Below are positions 39,491 to 50,629 of a stretch of 64,000 nucleotides of DNA, piece after piece; within the stretch, counting starts at the first letter, position 1; each line of letters opens with the position of its first letter. Origin of the DNA: an uncultured Acidobacteriaceae bacterium. GTDB taxonomy: Bacteria; Acidobacteriota; Terriglobia; Terriglobales; Acidobacteriaceae. The position numbers and the translations under genes are program-made. The notes beneath the pieces are model-generated. The model made no database searches and was not told the DNA's origin. It saw only the letters and a list, made by a program, of their open reading frames with translations. The stretch lies in NCBI GenBank assembly GCA_963806745.1, contig CAWEAB010000023.1, forward strand, positions 47,063 to 111,062. The letters are read 5' to 3'.

Positions 39491-40887
39491 ACATCTCTTT
39501 CGCCACTGCGTTATTGGCGCTTCCGATCCTTTGTTTCCACGTTTCCAGCGCCTTTTCCAGCTTTACTCCGCGCGAGGCTTTCAGCAGCACTACATCGCCA
39601 TCTTTTGCTTCGCGGGCCAGCCACTCGCCGGCCTCTTCGGGAGTGGCTACGAACTCGGCGCGGATTCCTGCTTTCTGCGCACCCTCGACCGTCGCTGCCG
39701 CCAACCCTCTGACTCCCAAGAGCACGTCGATCGCCTTTTCTCCGATGTGGCGGCCGCATTGGCGATGAAGTTCTTCGCCTTCGGGGCCTAATTCCAGCAT
39801 TTCGCCCGCGACCACAATGCGGCGTTTGCCGGCATGGAGGCGAGCGTATCCACCATCGCGTTGAGTGCGTTCGGATTGCAATTGTAGCAATCGTTGATGG
39901 CGGTGATGTTGCCTAGGTGAACGACCTCGCCGCGCTTGTCGGCCGGAGCCATCGACGGCAAGGCGGCAGCAATTTCGGAAGGCGTGATCCCGTGCTCCAG
40001 CGCGACCGCAGCCGCGGCTAGTACGTTGTAGACATTGTGTTGGCCGAGCAACGGGCTGTGTATGGATTGACGCAGGCCATCACAGATCAGGTCAAAGCGC
40101 GTGCCTTCACTTCCGACCGGTTCGATTTTTCGGCCCGAACGTCGGCGATGGACTTAAGTCCGAAGAGAATGACTTTGCCTTTGAAGTCGCGGCCGAACTG
40201 GCTGACGTATTCGTCGTCGGCGTTGAGGAAGGCCGTGCCAGTGGCGGGCAGGGATTCGATCAGTTCGTATTTTGCGCGCGCGATGCCGGCGATCGAATCG
40301 AAGAATTCGAGGTGCACGGGGCCGACATTGGTGACGAGGCCTTCATTGGGGAGCGCGATGCGCGCGAGGGCGGCGATTTCTCCGGCGTGATTCATACCCA
40401 TTTCCACGACAGCGAGGTCGTATTCGGGCTCGAGCGTGAGCAGGCCGAGAGGCAACCCAAAATGGTTATTGAAGTTGCCCTTGGTGCGATGGACACGGAA
40501 TTTCGTCGACAGGAGATGCGCGACGGCCTCTTTGGTGGTGGTCTTGCCCATCGATCCGGTGACGCCGATGGCGGTCTTTCCCCATAATTTTCGGACGGCG
40601 GTGGCAAGAGTTTGAAGCGCGACCAGCGTGTCATCAACGACCAGCAAATTCTTCAGATTGGGATAGCGCGGTAGCTGATCTTTGCGAACTACTGCGGCGA
40701 TTGCTCCGCGCACCAGGGATGCTTCTACGAAATCGTGGCCGTCAAGGCGCTCGCCTTTCACGGCGAAGAAGAGATCGCCCGGTTGGACGGTGCGCGAATC
40801 GATGGAGTATCCCTGCGCGATTGCGCGCGCGTCATGGTCGCCGACGGCGGCGATAAACTCGACGATGCGTGAGAGCGAGAGCTTCAT
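39489..40887 (-). CDS. murF: UDP-N-acetylmuramoyl-tripeptide--D-alanyl-D-alanine ligase, frame broken at about 40117 and 39826
   Basis: MKLSLSRIVEFI...GVTGSMGKTTTKE; then IEPVGSEGTRFDL...GQHNVYNVLAAAAVAL; then KRRIVVAGEMLELGPEGEELH. Both breaks fall in A/T runs (T5 at 40115-40119, T3 at 39825-39827). The span is 3n-2. ATGA overlap with the murE stop. Confidence 0.9.
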
Positions 40888-42454
40888 GCGGTGGTCCCGG
40901 TGGGGCTCGCCTGATTTTCTTGAGCACATTGATAGCCAAGCGCAGCAAGCGTTTCTCGGGCGACTTTGACATCGTCGAACGGGATCGACTTGCCTCCCGC
41001 GGTCTGAGTTTTTTCATGGCCCTTGCCGGCCAGAAGAACGATGTCGCCGGGCGCGGCTTGCGCAATGGCGAGCGCGATGGCTTTGCGGCGATCGGGCTCG
41101 GTTTCATATTTCGTGCCCGATTTCTGGAGACCAACGAGCGCGTCATTGATAATGGCGCGCGGATCTTCGGAGCGGGGATTGTCGGAGGTCAGAACGACGA
41201 AGTCGCTTCCCTTGCCCGCCGCCTCGCCCATCAGCGGACGCTTGGTTCGGTCGCGGTCACCACCGCAGCCGAAAAGGGTGATGAGCCTTCCTTTCAGGCT
41301 TGCGACCGCGCGGGCGGGGGCACCTGTAGCTCCCTTTGAGTTTTGCGCGACGAAATCGCGGGCGATTGCGGTGAGGTTGCGGAGCGCGTCATCGGTGTGC
41401 GCGTAGTCGACCACTACGGTGAAAGGCTGGCCGCAATCAACGCGCTCGAAGCGGCCGGGAACGCGAGCCAGGCTTGCGATTCCTTTGGTGATGGCCTCAT
41501 TGGAACATTTGCGCGCGTAGGCGGCGGCAGCAGCAGCCAGGACGTTGTAGACATTTACTTTGCCGATGAGCGGCGACCAGACAGCGAGATTGCCTGCTGG
41601 GCTTGCCATCTGGAAGCGGGTGCCCTGGGAGTGATCTGGAGCGACTCCGCGTGGAAAGTCACCGGCGGTGAGGCCGTAGGAAAAAACTATTTCACTTTTC
41701 TTGCCGCGAAAATTTGCACCAGGTCGCGGCCAAATTGGTCATCTGTGTTGAGAACAGCGGCGCGCGGCGGTTCGGTTCCGCAGCCTTCGAACAGAGTCTT
41801 TTTGGCGCGAAAATATTCTTCCATGGTGCCGTGATAGTCGAGATGGTCGCGCGTGAGATTGGTGAAGACAGCGACGTCGAAGGGAATTCCGAAGACACGT
41901 TGCTGCTCGAGGGCGTGGGAAGAGACCTCCATCACGGATTCGGTCACGCCCTGGGCCAGGCCTTCCGCGAGCAACTGATTCAACTCGAGAGATTCGGGCG
42001 TGGTGTGCGGGGCAGGAAGAATTTTCCCGGCGACATGGTATTCGATCGTGCCGACTAGCGCGGTCTTGCGACCCGCGGCTTGCAGAATAGACTCAACGAT
42101 AAAAGCTGTCGTGCTCTTTCCGTTGGTGCCCGTGATGCCGGTATTGGCGATGCGCTCGGCGGGACGCTTGTAGAAATTTGCGCTGAGGCGGGCAAGGGCT
42201 CGGCGACCGTGGAGAACCCGCGCCCAAGCTATTCCCTGCCGCGGCTTTTCCGTAGGAGAGTCAGTGACGATCGCTACAGCGCCGGAGGCAATGGCTTGAT
42301 CGATGAAGCGATTGCCGTCACTCGACTCGCCTTTCATGGCGACGAAGATACTACCGGATTTCACGCGGCGGGAATCGTATTCGATGGCGCTGACAGGCGG
42401 ATTGCCGCTTTGCGAAAGAACCTCGGCGCCGTCGAGAAGTTGGTGGAACGTCAT
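40884..42454 (-). CDS. murE: UDP-N-acetylmuramoyl-L-alanyl-D-glutamate--2,6-diaminopimelate ligase, frame broken at about 41697
   Basis: GITGTNGKSTT, DHLDYHGTMEEY, GCGGDRD, LTSDNPR (DNPR motif, typical of meso-DAP-adding enzymes). The break falls in a T4 run at 41696-41699. The span is 3n-1. Confidence 0.9.
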
Positions 42455-42600
42455 TGTTTCGATTCTATTTCACTGGTCGATTTACTGAAATGACGGCCCG
42501 GATGCACCGTTGGCTGCAGGAAAAGTGCCTTGCCGCGCGCCGGTACAGAGCGTCAGCGTGTCGAGGTCCATTAACCTCGCAGAGAACCTTACTTGCTGGA

Positions 42601-42624
42601 GTTCTCGCTGCGCTCAGGATGACA
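42601..42624. repeat. REP-like element, family B
   Basis: GTTCTCGCTGCGCTCAGGATGACA, in the 235-nt ftsI-murE spacer. Confidence 0.6.
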
Positions 42625-42689
42625 CAGTGGAGACGTCCCCCACCCAGCTCCGAAGATTGCATCTTGGTTCGCTGAAACGCAACACGACT

Positions 42690-44894
42690 TCATCGGCTGA
42701 AACGCACTACGATCCGTGCTCCTGAAGCAACATGGACACCAGGCAGCGGAGATTGCTCGCGAGCTACACCGCTGCCGAGCGCGTCCAGTTCGAGTCCAGC
42801 ATCTTCAGCTACTTCAAGAGCGCCTCGGAGATTCTTGCCGAGGAACGACGGCACTTCTACTCCGCCTTCTTCCACGTCGAGAACTACCGTGCCTCCGGAG
42901 GGCTTGGATTGCGTGGCGGCACTTTGTGACGGTGGTGCGGCTGGCGCGGAGAGTGGTGGGGTTGCTGATTCGGAGTCGGTTCGCGTAATTGCCGCTGCTA
43001 CTGCTTGTGTTCGATCGGTCGACGGCTTGGATGTGCCGGCGGCCTGCTCCGCGGGTGCCGGCTTGAGTTGAGACGCGCTGCCTAAATCGCTGGCTGCGTC
43101 CGCCATGTCGAGGCTTGCGCCGAGGTGATCCGGAGAATTCTCTTCGAGATTCCTCTCGGGCACGTTGCGGCGCGCGAAGAGAACTTGACGGCTGGGCGGC
43201 AGTTCGACGTCGTGCTGGACGTGCTCGTATTCGAGAACCTGCTGCACGATGCGCTGGAAGATGGGCGCGGAGACCTGGCCGCCCTGATGGAGGCCGACGG
43301 CGGAGTCGAGGATCACAACAACCGCGATTTGCGGATTGTTGATGGGAGCGAATCCGGCGAACGAGCCTACGTATTTGGTTTTGGAATAGGCACCGGTATT
43401 GGGGTCGACTTTCTGGGCGGTGCCAGTTTTCCCGGCGGAGCTGTAGCCTTCCAGGATCGCCTTGCGGCCGGTGCCATGGAGCACGACGCCTTGGAGCATC
43501 TGGCGCATTTCGGCGGCGGTCAGCGACGAGATTACTCGCGTTCCCTCGGCAGGTTGAAAAGCAATCGTCTGGGGAGCGTTCTGCGGCGCGACTTTCCCGG
43601 CTACGATGCGCGGCGGAATGCGCACGCCGTCATTGGCGATGGTTGAGATCAATGCTGTCAGTTGCACGGCCGAGATGCCGATTTCCTGCCCCATGGAGAT
43701 GGCCGCGAACGAGACCTTCGACCAGCGATCGGGCGGTTTGGTCATGCCGCGCGTCTCGCCGGGCAGCTCGATGCCGGTGTGCTGGCCGAAGCCGAAGCCG
43801 CGAATGTATTTGTAGAAGCGGTCGTTGCCGAGGCGCATGGCGACCTTGATGGCGCCCACGTCGCTGGACTCGGCGATGATGTCGGCGACGGATAGCATGC
43901 CGTGCGGCTTGCTGTCGCGAATGCGCATGCCGTTGATGACGATTGAGCCCATCTGGCAGTCGAACATCTCGTCGGGGCGCGTGACTTTTTCTTCGAGGCC
44001 GGCGGAGATAGTGACCATTTTGAAGGTCGAGCCCGGCTCGTAGATGTCGCTTACGGCGTGGTTTTTCAGATACTCAGGCTTGATGTCCTTGCGATTGTTC
44101 GGATTAAAGGTGGGGCGGTTGGTGAGCGCCAGGATTTCGCCGGTGTGCGGATTCTCGACGACTACCGTGCCCGCGATGGCTTTGGTCTCTTCCATGCCGC
44201 GCTGGAGCTCGCGTTCGGCGATGGCCTGGATATTTTGATCGATGGTGAGGACGAGATTTTCGCCTTGTGTCGGCTCCTGCTCAACGCTGGCGAACCAGCG
44301 CTTGCGAGCGTCGACGGAGATCATCAACTTGCCGGGCTTGCCTCGCAGCTCAGAGTTGAACTCGCGCTCAAGGCCGCTGAGGCCTTGATCTTCTGTGCCG
44401 ACGTAGCCGAGGACTTGTGCGGCCAGCTCGCGCTTGGGATAGAAACGCTTTGGCTCCTTTTGAAAGTGGATGCCTGTCAGGTTGAGGGCCCGGATGCGGT
44501 CGGCGGTCTCGGCGTCGGCCTTGCGCGCGACCCAGCAGAAGGTCTTATGGGCCTGGCAGTCAGCCAGGAGAACTCGCGGATCGTCTCCAGTGATGCGGGT
44601 GATCAGGCTGATGACGTTCGCCAAGTCGGGCGTTTCGCTGGGTACTACAAAGGCCGACTCTACCTGGATTGACATGGCCAGTTCGTGGCCGGCGCGGTCG
44701 TAGATCACTCCGCGCTTGGCGGAGAGTTCAAAGCTCCGCTGCTGCTGGTGCTGAGCACGGCGCTCAAAATCTCCGTAGCAGAAAATCTGGAGGTAGACGA
44801 GACGGACGCAGATGACAATAAGCCAGAAACAGAGAAAGCCGGCGAGGGCGTAAAGACGAAAGCGCGCGGTGCTGGAAGAGTTGGTTGCGGTCAC
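42690..44894 (-). CDS. ftsI: Class B penicillin-binding protein (FtsI-type transpeptidase) with a C-terminal PASTA domain
   Basis: N-terminal TM; SxxK in YEPGSTFKMV; KTGTA. After a low-complexity linker, VEVPSFLGKNLRGALEVAEDAGLELDALGSG...GARIVVRF is PASTA-like. Confidence 0.9.
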   Translation of the reverse strand: MTATNSSSTARFRLYALAGFLCFWLIVICVRLVYLQIFCYGDFERRAQHQQQRSFELSAKRGVIYDRAGHELAMSIQVESAFVVPSETPDLANVISLITRITGDDPRVLLADCQAHKTFCWVARKADAETADRIRALNLTGIHFQKEPKRFYPKRELAAQVLGYVGTEDQGLSGLEREFNSELRGKPGKLMISVDARKRWFASVEQEPTQGENLVLTIDQNIQAIAERELQRGMEETKAIAGTVVVENPHTGEILALTNRPTFNPNNRKDIKPEYLKNHAVSDIYEPGSTFKMVTISAGLEEKVTRPDEMFDCQMGSIVINGMRIRDSKPHGMLSVADIIAESSDVGAIKVAMRLGNDRFYKYIRGFGFGQHTGIELPGETRGMTKPPDRWSKVSFAAISMGQEIGISAVQLTALISTIANDGVRIPPRIVAGKVAPQNAPQTIAFQPAEGTRVISSLTAAEMRQMLQGVVLHGTGRKAILEGYSSAGKTGTAQKVDPNTGAYSKTKYVGSFAGFAPINNPQIAVVVILDSAVGLHQGGQVSAPIFQRIVQQVLEYEHVQHDVELPPSRQVLFARRNVPERNLEENSPDHLGASLDMADAASDLGSASQLKPAPAEQAAGTSKPSTDRTQAVAAAITRTDSESATPPLSAPAAPPSQSAATQSKPSGGTVVLDVEEGGVEVPSFLGKNLRGALEVAEDAGLELDALGSGVAREQSPLPGVHVASGARIVVRFSR

Positions 44895-44982
44895 TTGCCA
44901 ACCTCAGAAACTTTCGGCGGCCCCTGGGAGCCGCCGCGAGAAAAGTTAAAACCGGCGGACAGGAGTGTCCGCCCTGGACTAG

Positions 44983-45441
44983 CTATCGCGCCGACACGAC
45001 CGAGACTGGTGTTGCGCTGGCCATGACCGGTGAGCCTACTTCGCCGCTGGCATCCATGCGAATGACCTGGCCCGGATCGGGAGACTGCAGGCCCATCTTG
45101 CGGGCTACTGCATCGATACGGTCGGGATCGCGCAGCGAAGACTCTTCGAGGCGGAGCGCCTGATTCATTCCGGCCAAGCCATCGCGCTGCGAACGGAGAG
45201 CTTCTATCTTGTAGCCGTATTCGATGGCGCGGAAGTGCTGAAGCGCATATCCCATGACGAGCAGAAAAAGGCAGCACAGGACGACGCCGAAAAAGCGCAT
45301 CTCGCGCTCGCGCCGCGGATCTTCGACCTTGACGAGGCGCGAGTTGTCGATAGTCTTGCGGAAATAAATTTCCGGCGTGCCCAGCCAGCAGGACTTGCGG
45401 GCGCTCTGCGATATGGGTTGCATTGCGACGGCGGCGCTCAT
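44983..45441 (-). CDS. ftsL: Cell division protein FtsL-like
   Basis: Position between rsmH and ftsI. Single TM FFGVVLCCLFLLVMGYAL followed by a coiled coil IEALRSQRDGLAGMNQALRLEE. The start is uncertain. Confidence 0.7.
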   Translation of the reverse strand: MSAAVAMQPISQSARKSCWLGTPEIYFRKTIDNSRLVKVEDPRREREMRFFGVVLCCLFLLVMGYALQHFRAIEYGYKIEALRSQRDGLAGMNQALRLEESSLRDPDRIDAVARKMGLQSPDPGQVIRMDASGEVGSPVMASATPVSVVSAR

Positions 45442-45483
45442 GATTGCTCCAGACTTTTCCGGAAACCTTGACTGCGTTTCTCT

Positions 45484-45645
45484 CTATGCCACTTCTAATT
45501 TCGAATCAAATTCAGCATTTTCCTGGACGGCAGCGAACCAGGAGTCGGCCATGAGTGATTCGGCGATTACGAATTCTTGCGCTTCTATGGTTAGTTCCGC
45601 GCGCTCCACCGCCGCGAAGAGTTCGTCGATTGTCGAGCCTGTAAA
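45484..45645 (-). CDS. Candidate small acidic protein inside the dcw cluster
   Basis: MFTGSTIDELFAAVERAELTIEAQEFVIAESLMADSWFAAVQENAEFDSKLEVA (54 aa from the second Met of track ORF 45484-45726). Weak RBS, no family recognised. Confidence 0.3.
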   Translation of the reverse strand, partial: FTGSTIDELFAAVERAELTIEAQEFVIAESLMADSWFAAVQENAEFDSKLEVA

Positions 45646-45740
45646 CATTGTTCTTATTTCCGCCTTCGTCTTCGGACTTGGCCTTGTTTCTCTTTCTGTT
45701 TGGCCTCTCCGAAATAACTCCACCACAGAACCTGGGAAAA

Positions 45741-45795
45741 CCGGGGCTGAAGCCCTCTTTTAATCGCTCAGTTCTACAACTGACCTGCCACAAAA
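45741..45795. repeat. REP-like element, family C-related (GGGGCTGAAGCCC hairpin)
   Basis: CCGGGGCTGAAGCCCTCTTTTAATCGCTCAG..., between rsmH and the small ORF. Confidence 0.5.
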
Positions 45796-45893
45796 CTTTT
45801 ACCCGGCACGCCTTACTATCACCGCACCGGGAGCCCGGCGGTTTCTCCGGACCAACTCAATCTCATCCCGCGCTACGTTCTCTCCGCCGCTCG

Positions 45894-46848
<955 letters not shown>

Positions 46849-46849
<1 letters not shown>

Positions 46850-47286
46850 TAGATGCCCAGGTCGTCGAGCGTCTTTGTATCTTCATCCGTGAAGGGCTCT
46901 TTGATCTCCTTGTCGAGCGCTTCCAGGTTCCGGACCTCCAGGTAGGTCAGATTTCCGAGCACTGCCACATCGCCGCGAATCTGCGCCGCTTCGCGCAGAG
47001 TCTGGGGAATCAGCAGACGCCCCTGCCCGTCCATCTCTACGACCTGCCCGTAATAGTTCGTGCGCGTTAGAAACTTCTTCTTCGTGGGATTGAAGGTCGA
47101 AAGCTGAGCCAGCTTCTGTTCGATCCGCTCCCATTCCTCGAAGGGATAAATCTGAGCAATAACGCCGTCCAAACTTGTGATGTAGAATCGCTGGGCGTAT
47201 TTCTCGTCGATCACCCGTTTGTATTCCGCGGGGACTTTGAGCCGTCCTTTTTCGTCCACGCGAGTTGGGTGATTTCCGCGAAACAT
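46849..47286 (-). CDS. mraZ: Transcriptional regulator MraZ
   Basis: MFRGNHPTRVDEKGRLKVPAEY and a second half MDGQGRLLIPQTLREAA (duplicated SpoVT/AbrB-like units). Confidence 0.95.
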
Positions 47287-47472
47287 GTGCCCTGCTGGTT
47301 CTGGGGGTCCGTTTATTTCTGGCTGCTACCACAGCCAACAGTACGAGGGAGGTAGAAGCGGCTGCAAAACAGGTGGAATCGGGTTCGTTTGGGCTCGTTT
47401 TGGGGGTGTCAGTCATTAAATCCACTGGCGCCTCGTAAAGTCACAGATTCTGCCCCGAACTTTACTGCTTAT

Positions 47473-47497
47473 TCCACTTTCAACCACTTTTGACCAC
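47473..47497 (-). promoter_or_regulatory. MraZ-type operator: three direct GTGG(T/A) repeats at 10-bp phasing
   Basis: Minus strand: ATGTGGTCAAAAGTGGTTGAAAGTGGAATAAG. The repeat cores are at 47497-47493, 47487-47483 and 47477-47473, immediately after the -10. Confidence 0.55.
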
Positions 47498-47525
47498 ATG
47501 TTACGCCTAAGTGGTTTATTGTCAA
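47498..47525 (-). promoter_or_regulatory. Candidate dcw/mraZ promoter: TTGACA-16 nt-TAACAT
   Basis: Minus strand: TTGACA (47525-47520), a 16-nt spacer, TAACAT (47503-47498). Confidence 0.5.
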
Positions 47526-47723
47526 TAAGAAAGTTTCAGGTTGAGACGACGCTTTGGGACTCAAATTGCAAAACGCCGAAATGTTGTGGTTAACGAAAAA
47601 GATGACCACAATGGATTGTGTTTATTGCCTTGGTTCGGTAGCCGACCTTTCGCCAAAGTTTCGCCATAGCGGACTTTCAGTTGCAAGGCGCGGTTGTGGA
47701 AATCCTGGTCGCGGTCATTCTGA

Positions 47724-48227
47724 ATGCCCCACTATGCGCAGTTCGAGCAATGGGTCGCGGCTCCGCTGGAGAAGGTTTTTGCGTTCTTCGCCGATCCGAT
47801 GAACCTGCCGCGCATCATGCCGGCATGGCTCGATATCAGATTTGAAGAATCCGTCCTGGTTCCCGCGCCCGGAGCACCCGCCCACTTTGCGGGGGCCGGA
47901 ACCAGGTTCGTGGCTTCGTATCGCGCGCTTCCCTTCCTGCCGATGCGGATCCGGTCCGAGGCGCAGATTGTCGGCTTCGGTCTGAACGAATTTTTCGCCG
48001 ACATTCAGACCAAGGGCCCGTTTCGCAGCTGGCATCACCGGCACGAGTTCGTGGCGGAGAACCGCGGGGGAATTCCCGGGACGCGCATTCGCGACCGCAT
48101 GGAATACGAAATCGGCTTCGAACCACTGGGCAGAATCATCAACGCGCTCTTTGTCGCTCCGCAGATGCGCCGCACGTTCGCCTATCGGCAACGCGCGGTG
48201 GAGCGACTGATTGTCTCAGGCGCCTGA
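47724..48227 (+). CDS. SRPBCC-superfamily (cyclase/dehydrase-like) protein
   Basis: 167 aa. VAAPLEKVFAFFADPMNLPRIMP and later GPFRSWHHRHEF, typical of the family. Confidence 0.7.
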   Translation: MPHYAQFEQWVAAPLEKVFAFFADPMNLPRIMPAWLDIRFEESVLVPAPGAPAHFAGAGTRFVASYRALPFLPMRIRSEAQIVGFGLNEFFADIQTKGPFRSWHHRHEFVAENRGGIPGTRIRDRMEYEIGFEPLGRIINALFVAPQMRRTFAYRQRAVERLIVSGA

Positions 48228-48311
48228 CCCGGTGCCAGGTTAAGTTCTTCCCCGGCATTCAGGCGGGTAGTAGACTTGTGCCGCATTCCAAGCACAATTT
48301 AGGGGGCAACG

Positions 48312-48731
48312 ATGAAACTGAATACGGCACGCGTGTGGGTGGGCGGCATTGCCGGTGGTGTGGTGTGGAATGTGTGGAGCATGTTTATCGGCATGCGGCA
48401 AGGCCCGTTTTATGAGGCCATGCAGAGGCAAGGTCTGTTTCTCAAGGCGTCGCGTTACCCATTTTTCGTGGGGCAGTGGATTGGGCTGATTTTCGTGATG
48501 TCGATCATCCTCTCCTACTTGTACGCGTGGAGCCGCTCGACGGCAGGCGCGGGACCGAAGACGGCGCTCAAGATCGGGATGCTCGTTGGATTCTGCGCGG
48601 GCTTCCCGAGCAATTTTGCGCAGGCGGCGTGGTCTCCGGTTCCGCGAGTGCTGCCGCTGGGATGGATGCTCGATATGTGGGTGGGGTCAATTCTGGCTAC
48701 GCTCGTGGCGGGATTTTTGTACAAGGAGTAG
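48312..48731 (+). CDS. Small integral membrane protein (DUF1761-like architecture)
   Basis: 139 aa with four hydrophobic segments. Same layout as 11726-12142. Confidence 0.6.
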   Translation: MKLNTARVWVGGIAGGVVWNVWSMFIGMRQGPFYEAMQRQGLFLKASRYPFFVGQWIGLIFVMSIILSYLYAWSRSTAGAGPKTALKIGMLVGFCAGFPSNFAQAAWSPVPRVLPLGWMLDMWVGSILATLVAGFLYKE

Positions 48732-48754
48732 GGGGAGTCTCTTCGACTGGGTAG

Positions 48755-48783
48755 AGAGACGGGGCAACGCAAGCCCCGTCTCT
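48755..48783. terminator. Strong hairpin between convergent genes (11-bp stem, 7-nt loop)
   Basis: AGAGACGGGGC-AACGCAA-GCCCCGTCTCT. No clear U-tract. Confidence 0.5.
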
Positions 48784-48804
48784 ACCGTGATCTTTCGCTA
48801 TGCC

Positions 48805-49170
48805 CTACTTCGCCGGCTCCACGAAAACCGCCGTCCCGTAGGCGAGCACTTCCGTGACACCCTGCATCACTTCCGTGGCGTCGTAGCGAGCGCCGACGAC
48901 GGCATTTCCACCCATGTCCGCGGCGTGCTGCAGCATCAGGTCGAAGGCTTCTGCGCGCGTCTTTTCGCAGAGATTGGTGAGCAGGCTGATGTTTCCGCCG
49001 ACGATCGTCTGGAGGCCGGCGCCGATGGTGCCGAAGATAGAGCGCGAGCGGACGGTGATTCCACGGACTACGCCGAGCGTGCGGACCACGCGAAATCCGT
49101 CGAGTTCGAACTGTGTGGTGACCATGTTGTGCGGAACCATGCGTCCCGTCGCTGCCGAGTAGCTGCCCAT
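48805..49170 (-). CDS. YbjQ/UPF0145 family protein
   Basis: [22 protein letters not shown]...[15 protein letters not shown]...VLAYGTAV. The start is taken at MGSYSAATG (49170) rather than the longest ORF start (49239). Confidence 0.8.
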   Translation of the reverse strand: MGSYSAATGRMVPHNMVTTQFELDGFRVVRTLGVVRGITVRSRSIFGTIGAGLQTIVGGNISLLTNLCEKTRAEAFDLMLQHAADMGGNAVVGARYDATEVMQGVTEVLAYGTAVFVEPAK

Positions 49171-49323
49171 GATTTCTCCTGTTGCGATCGAATGATCGAG
49201 AGTTGTCCTGACCCTTCTTTCTACTCTTTTCCAGTTCACGGCTCAATTGCAAAAGCGGGTTACACCGGCGAGAGTTTCCATATAATGATGGCTCGCTTTC
49301 GGTACTGATTCGAGGAGGCTCCT

Positions 49324-50610
49324 TTGTTCTCACGCCGCCGATTTTTGAAAGCCGGATCCATTACTGCGACCGCTGGTGCGCTGCTTCCTCAACTTGCCCA
49401 TGCAGCGGAGAGCGGAGAGATTCTTCCACCAGCTATCGCCGGTCTGAAATCAAGGCGCGACGAATCCAAGCCAATCACTGCGGAGGAGCGCGCCGAACGC
49501 CAGGAGAAAGCGCGGCAGTTGATGCGCGAAAACAGCCTCTCGGCAATTTTGCTCGCGCAGGGGACATCGCTTGTCTACTTCACCGGCATTGAGTGGTGGG
49601 GCGGAGAACGATTGTTTGCCATGGTGCTGCCCGCCAAGGGCGACGCCTTCTATGTGGCACCCGCTTTTGAGGAAGGGCGTGCACGCGAGCAGATCGCCCT
49701 GGGTCCTAACGGGAAGAATCCCGATGTGCGGGTTTGGCAGGAGGACGAGAGCCCATACACGCGGGTTGCGCAGGGTCTTGGCGATCGCGGGATTTCGGGC
49801 GGCACGATCGGCTTCGAGGAGACGGTGAAGTTCGTCTTCACCGACAACATCCGGAAAGCCGCAGCCAGCGCGACCTTCACGAGTGCAACCCCGGTTACTG
49901 CGGGCTGCCGGATGATTAAGAGCGCGCATGAGATCGAGTTGATGCGACTGGCGGCAAAAGTTACGCTGGCTGCCTATGAGGCAACCTACCGATCGCTGAA
50001 GACCGGCATGACGCAAAAAGACGTAGCGAAAATGGTGGAGACGGCGCATCGACAGCTCGGGTTCGAGGGCGGGGCGGATGTGCAGGTCGGAGAATATTCG
50101 GCGTTTCCGCATGGCTCGATCGCTCCACAGGAGATTCGCGAAGGAACGATCGTGCTGATGGACGGAGGCTGCTCGGTGGAGGGCTACGCTTCGGACATAT
50201 CGCGCACCTATGTTCTCGGCAAAGCGAATGACAAGATGAAGCAGGTTTTTGAGATTGTCCATCGCGCGCAGAGTGCAGCGCTGGCGACGGCTCGGCCGGG
50301 AGTCGAAGCCGGAGCGGTAGACGCGGCGGCACGCAAGGTCATCACCGATGCAGGATACGGTCCGGACTACAAGTACTTCACGCATCGTGTCGGCCATGGC
50401 ATGGGAATGGATGGGCACGAATGGCCCTACCTGGTGCGCGGCAATACGACAAAACTGCAATCGAACATGACGTTCAGCGATGAGCCGGGAATTTACATTC
50501 GCGGCGAGTTCGGAATTCGGCTGGAAGATGACATGCACATTCTTGAAAACGGCGCGGAACTGTTCACGCCGCAAAGTCCGTCGCTGGAAGATCCGTTCGG
50601 GAAGGGCTAG
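49324..50610 (+). CDS. M24-family metallopeptidase (Xaa-Pro aminopeptidase-like) with a twin-arginine signal
   Basis: GGAGG-7 nt-TTG; SRRRFLKAGSITATAGALLPQLAHA. Pita-bread metal ligand regions VLMDGGCSVEGYASDISRT, HRVGHGMGMDGHE, SDEPGIY, IRLED. Confidence 0.85.
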   Translation: MFSRRRFLKAGSITATAGALLPQLAHAAESGEILPPAIAGLKSRRDESKPITAEERAERQEKARQLMRENSLSAILLAQGTSLVYFTGIEWWGGERLFAMVLPAKGDAFYVAPAFEEGRAREQIALGPNGKNPDVRVWQEDESPYTRVAQGLGDRGISGGTIGFEETVKFVFTDNIRKAAASATFTSATPVTAGCRMIKSAHEIELMRLAAKVTLAAYEATYRSLKTGMTQKDVAKMVETAHRQLGFEGGADVQVGEYSAFPHGSIAPQEIREGTIVLMDGGCSVEGYASDISRTYVLGKANDKMKQVFEIVHRAQSAALATARPGVEAGAVDAAARKVITDAGYGPDYKYFTHRVGHGMGMDGHEWPYLVRGNTTKLQSNMTFSDEPGIYIRGEFGIRLEDDMHILENGAELFTPQSPSLEDPFGKG

Positions 50611-50629
50611 TTTAAGCCGAGAAGTTCTA

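Noticed and set aside
2498-45795. Whether the recurring intergenic repeats could be CRISPR arrays or MITEs with transposase partners
   Set aside because: Copies are dispersed singly, not in regularly spaced arrays with unique spacers. No cas, transposase or terminal-inverted-repeat/target-duplication structure was seen. They fit REP-like elements best.
47483-47500. GGTCAAAAGTGGTTGAAA resembles a CtsR heat-shock operator (GGTCAAA direct repeat)
   Set aside because: It sits at the mraZ promoter as part of a three-unit 10-bp-phased repeat, which fits MraZ. CtsR is a Firmicutes regulator and no ctsR context is present.
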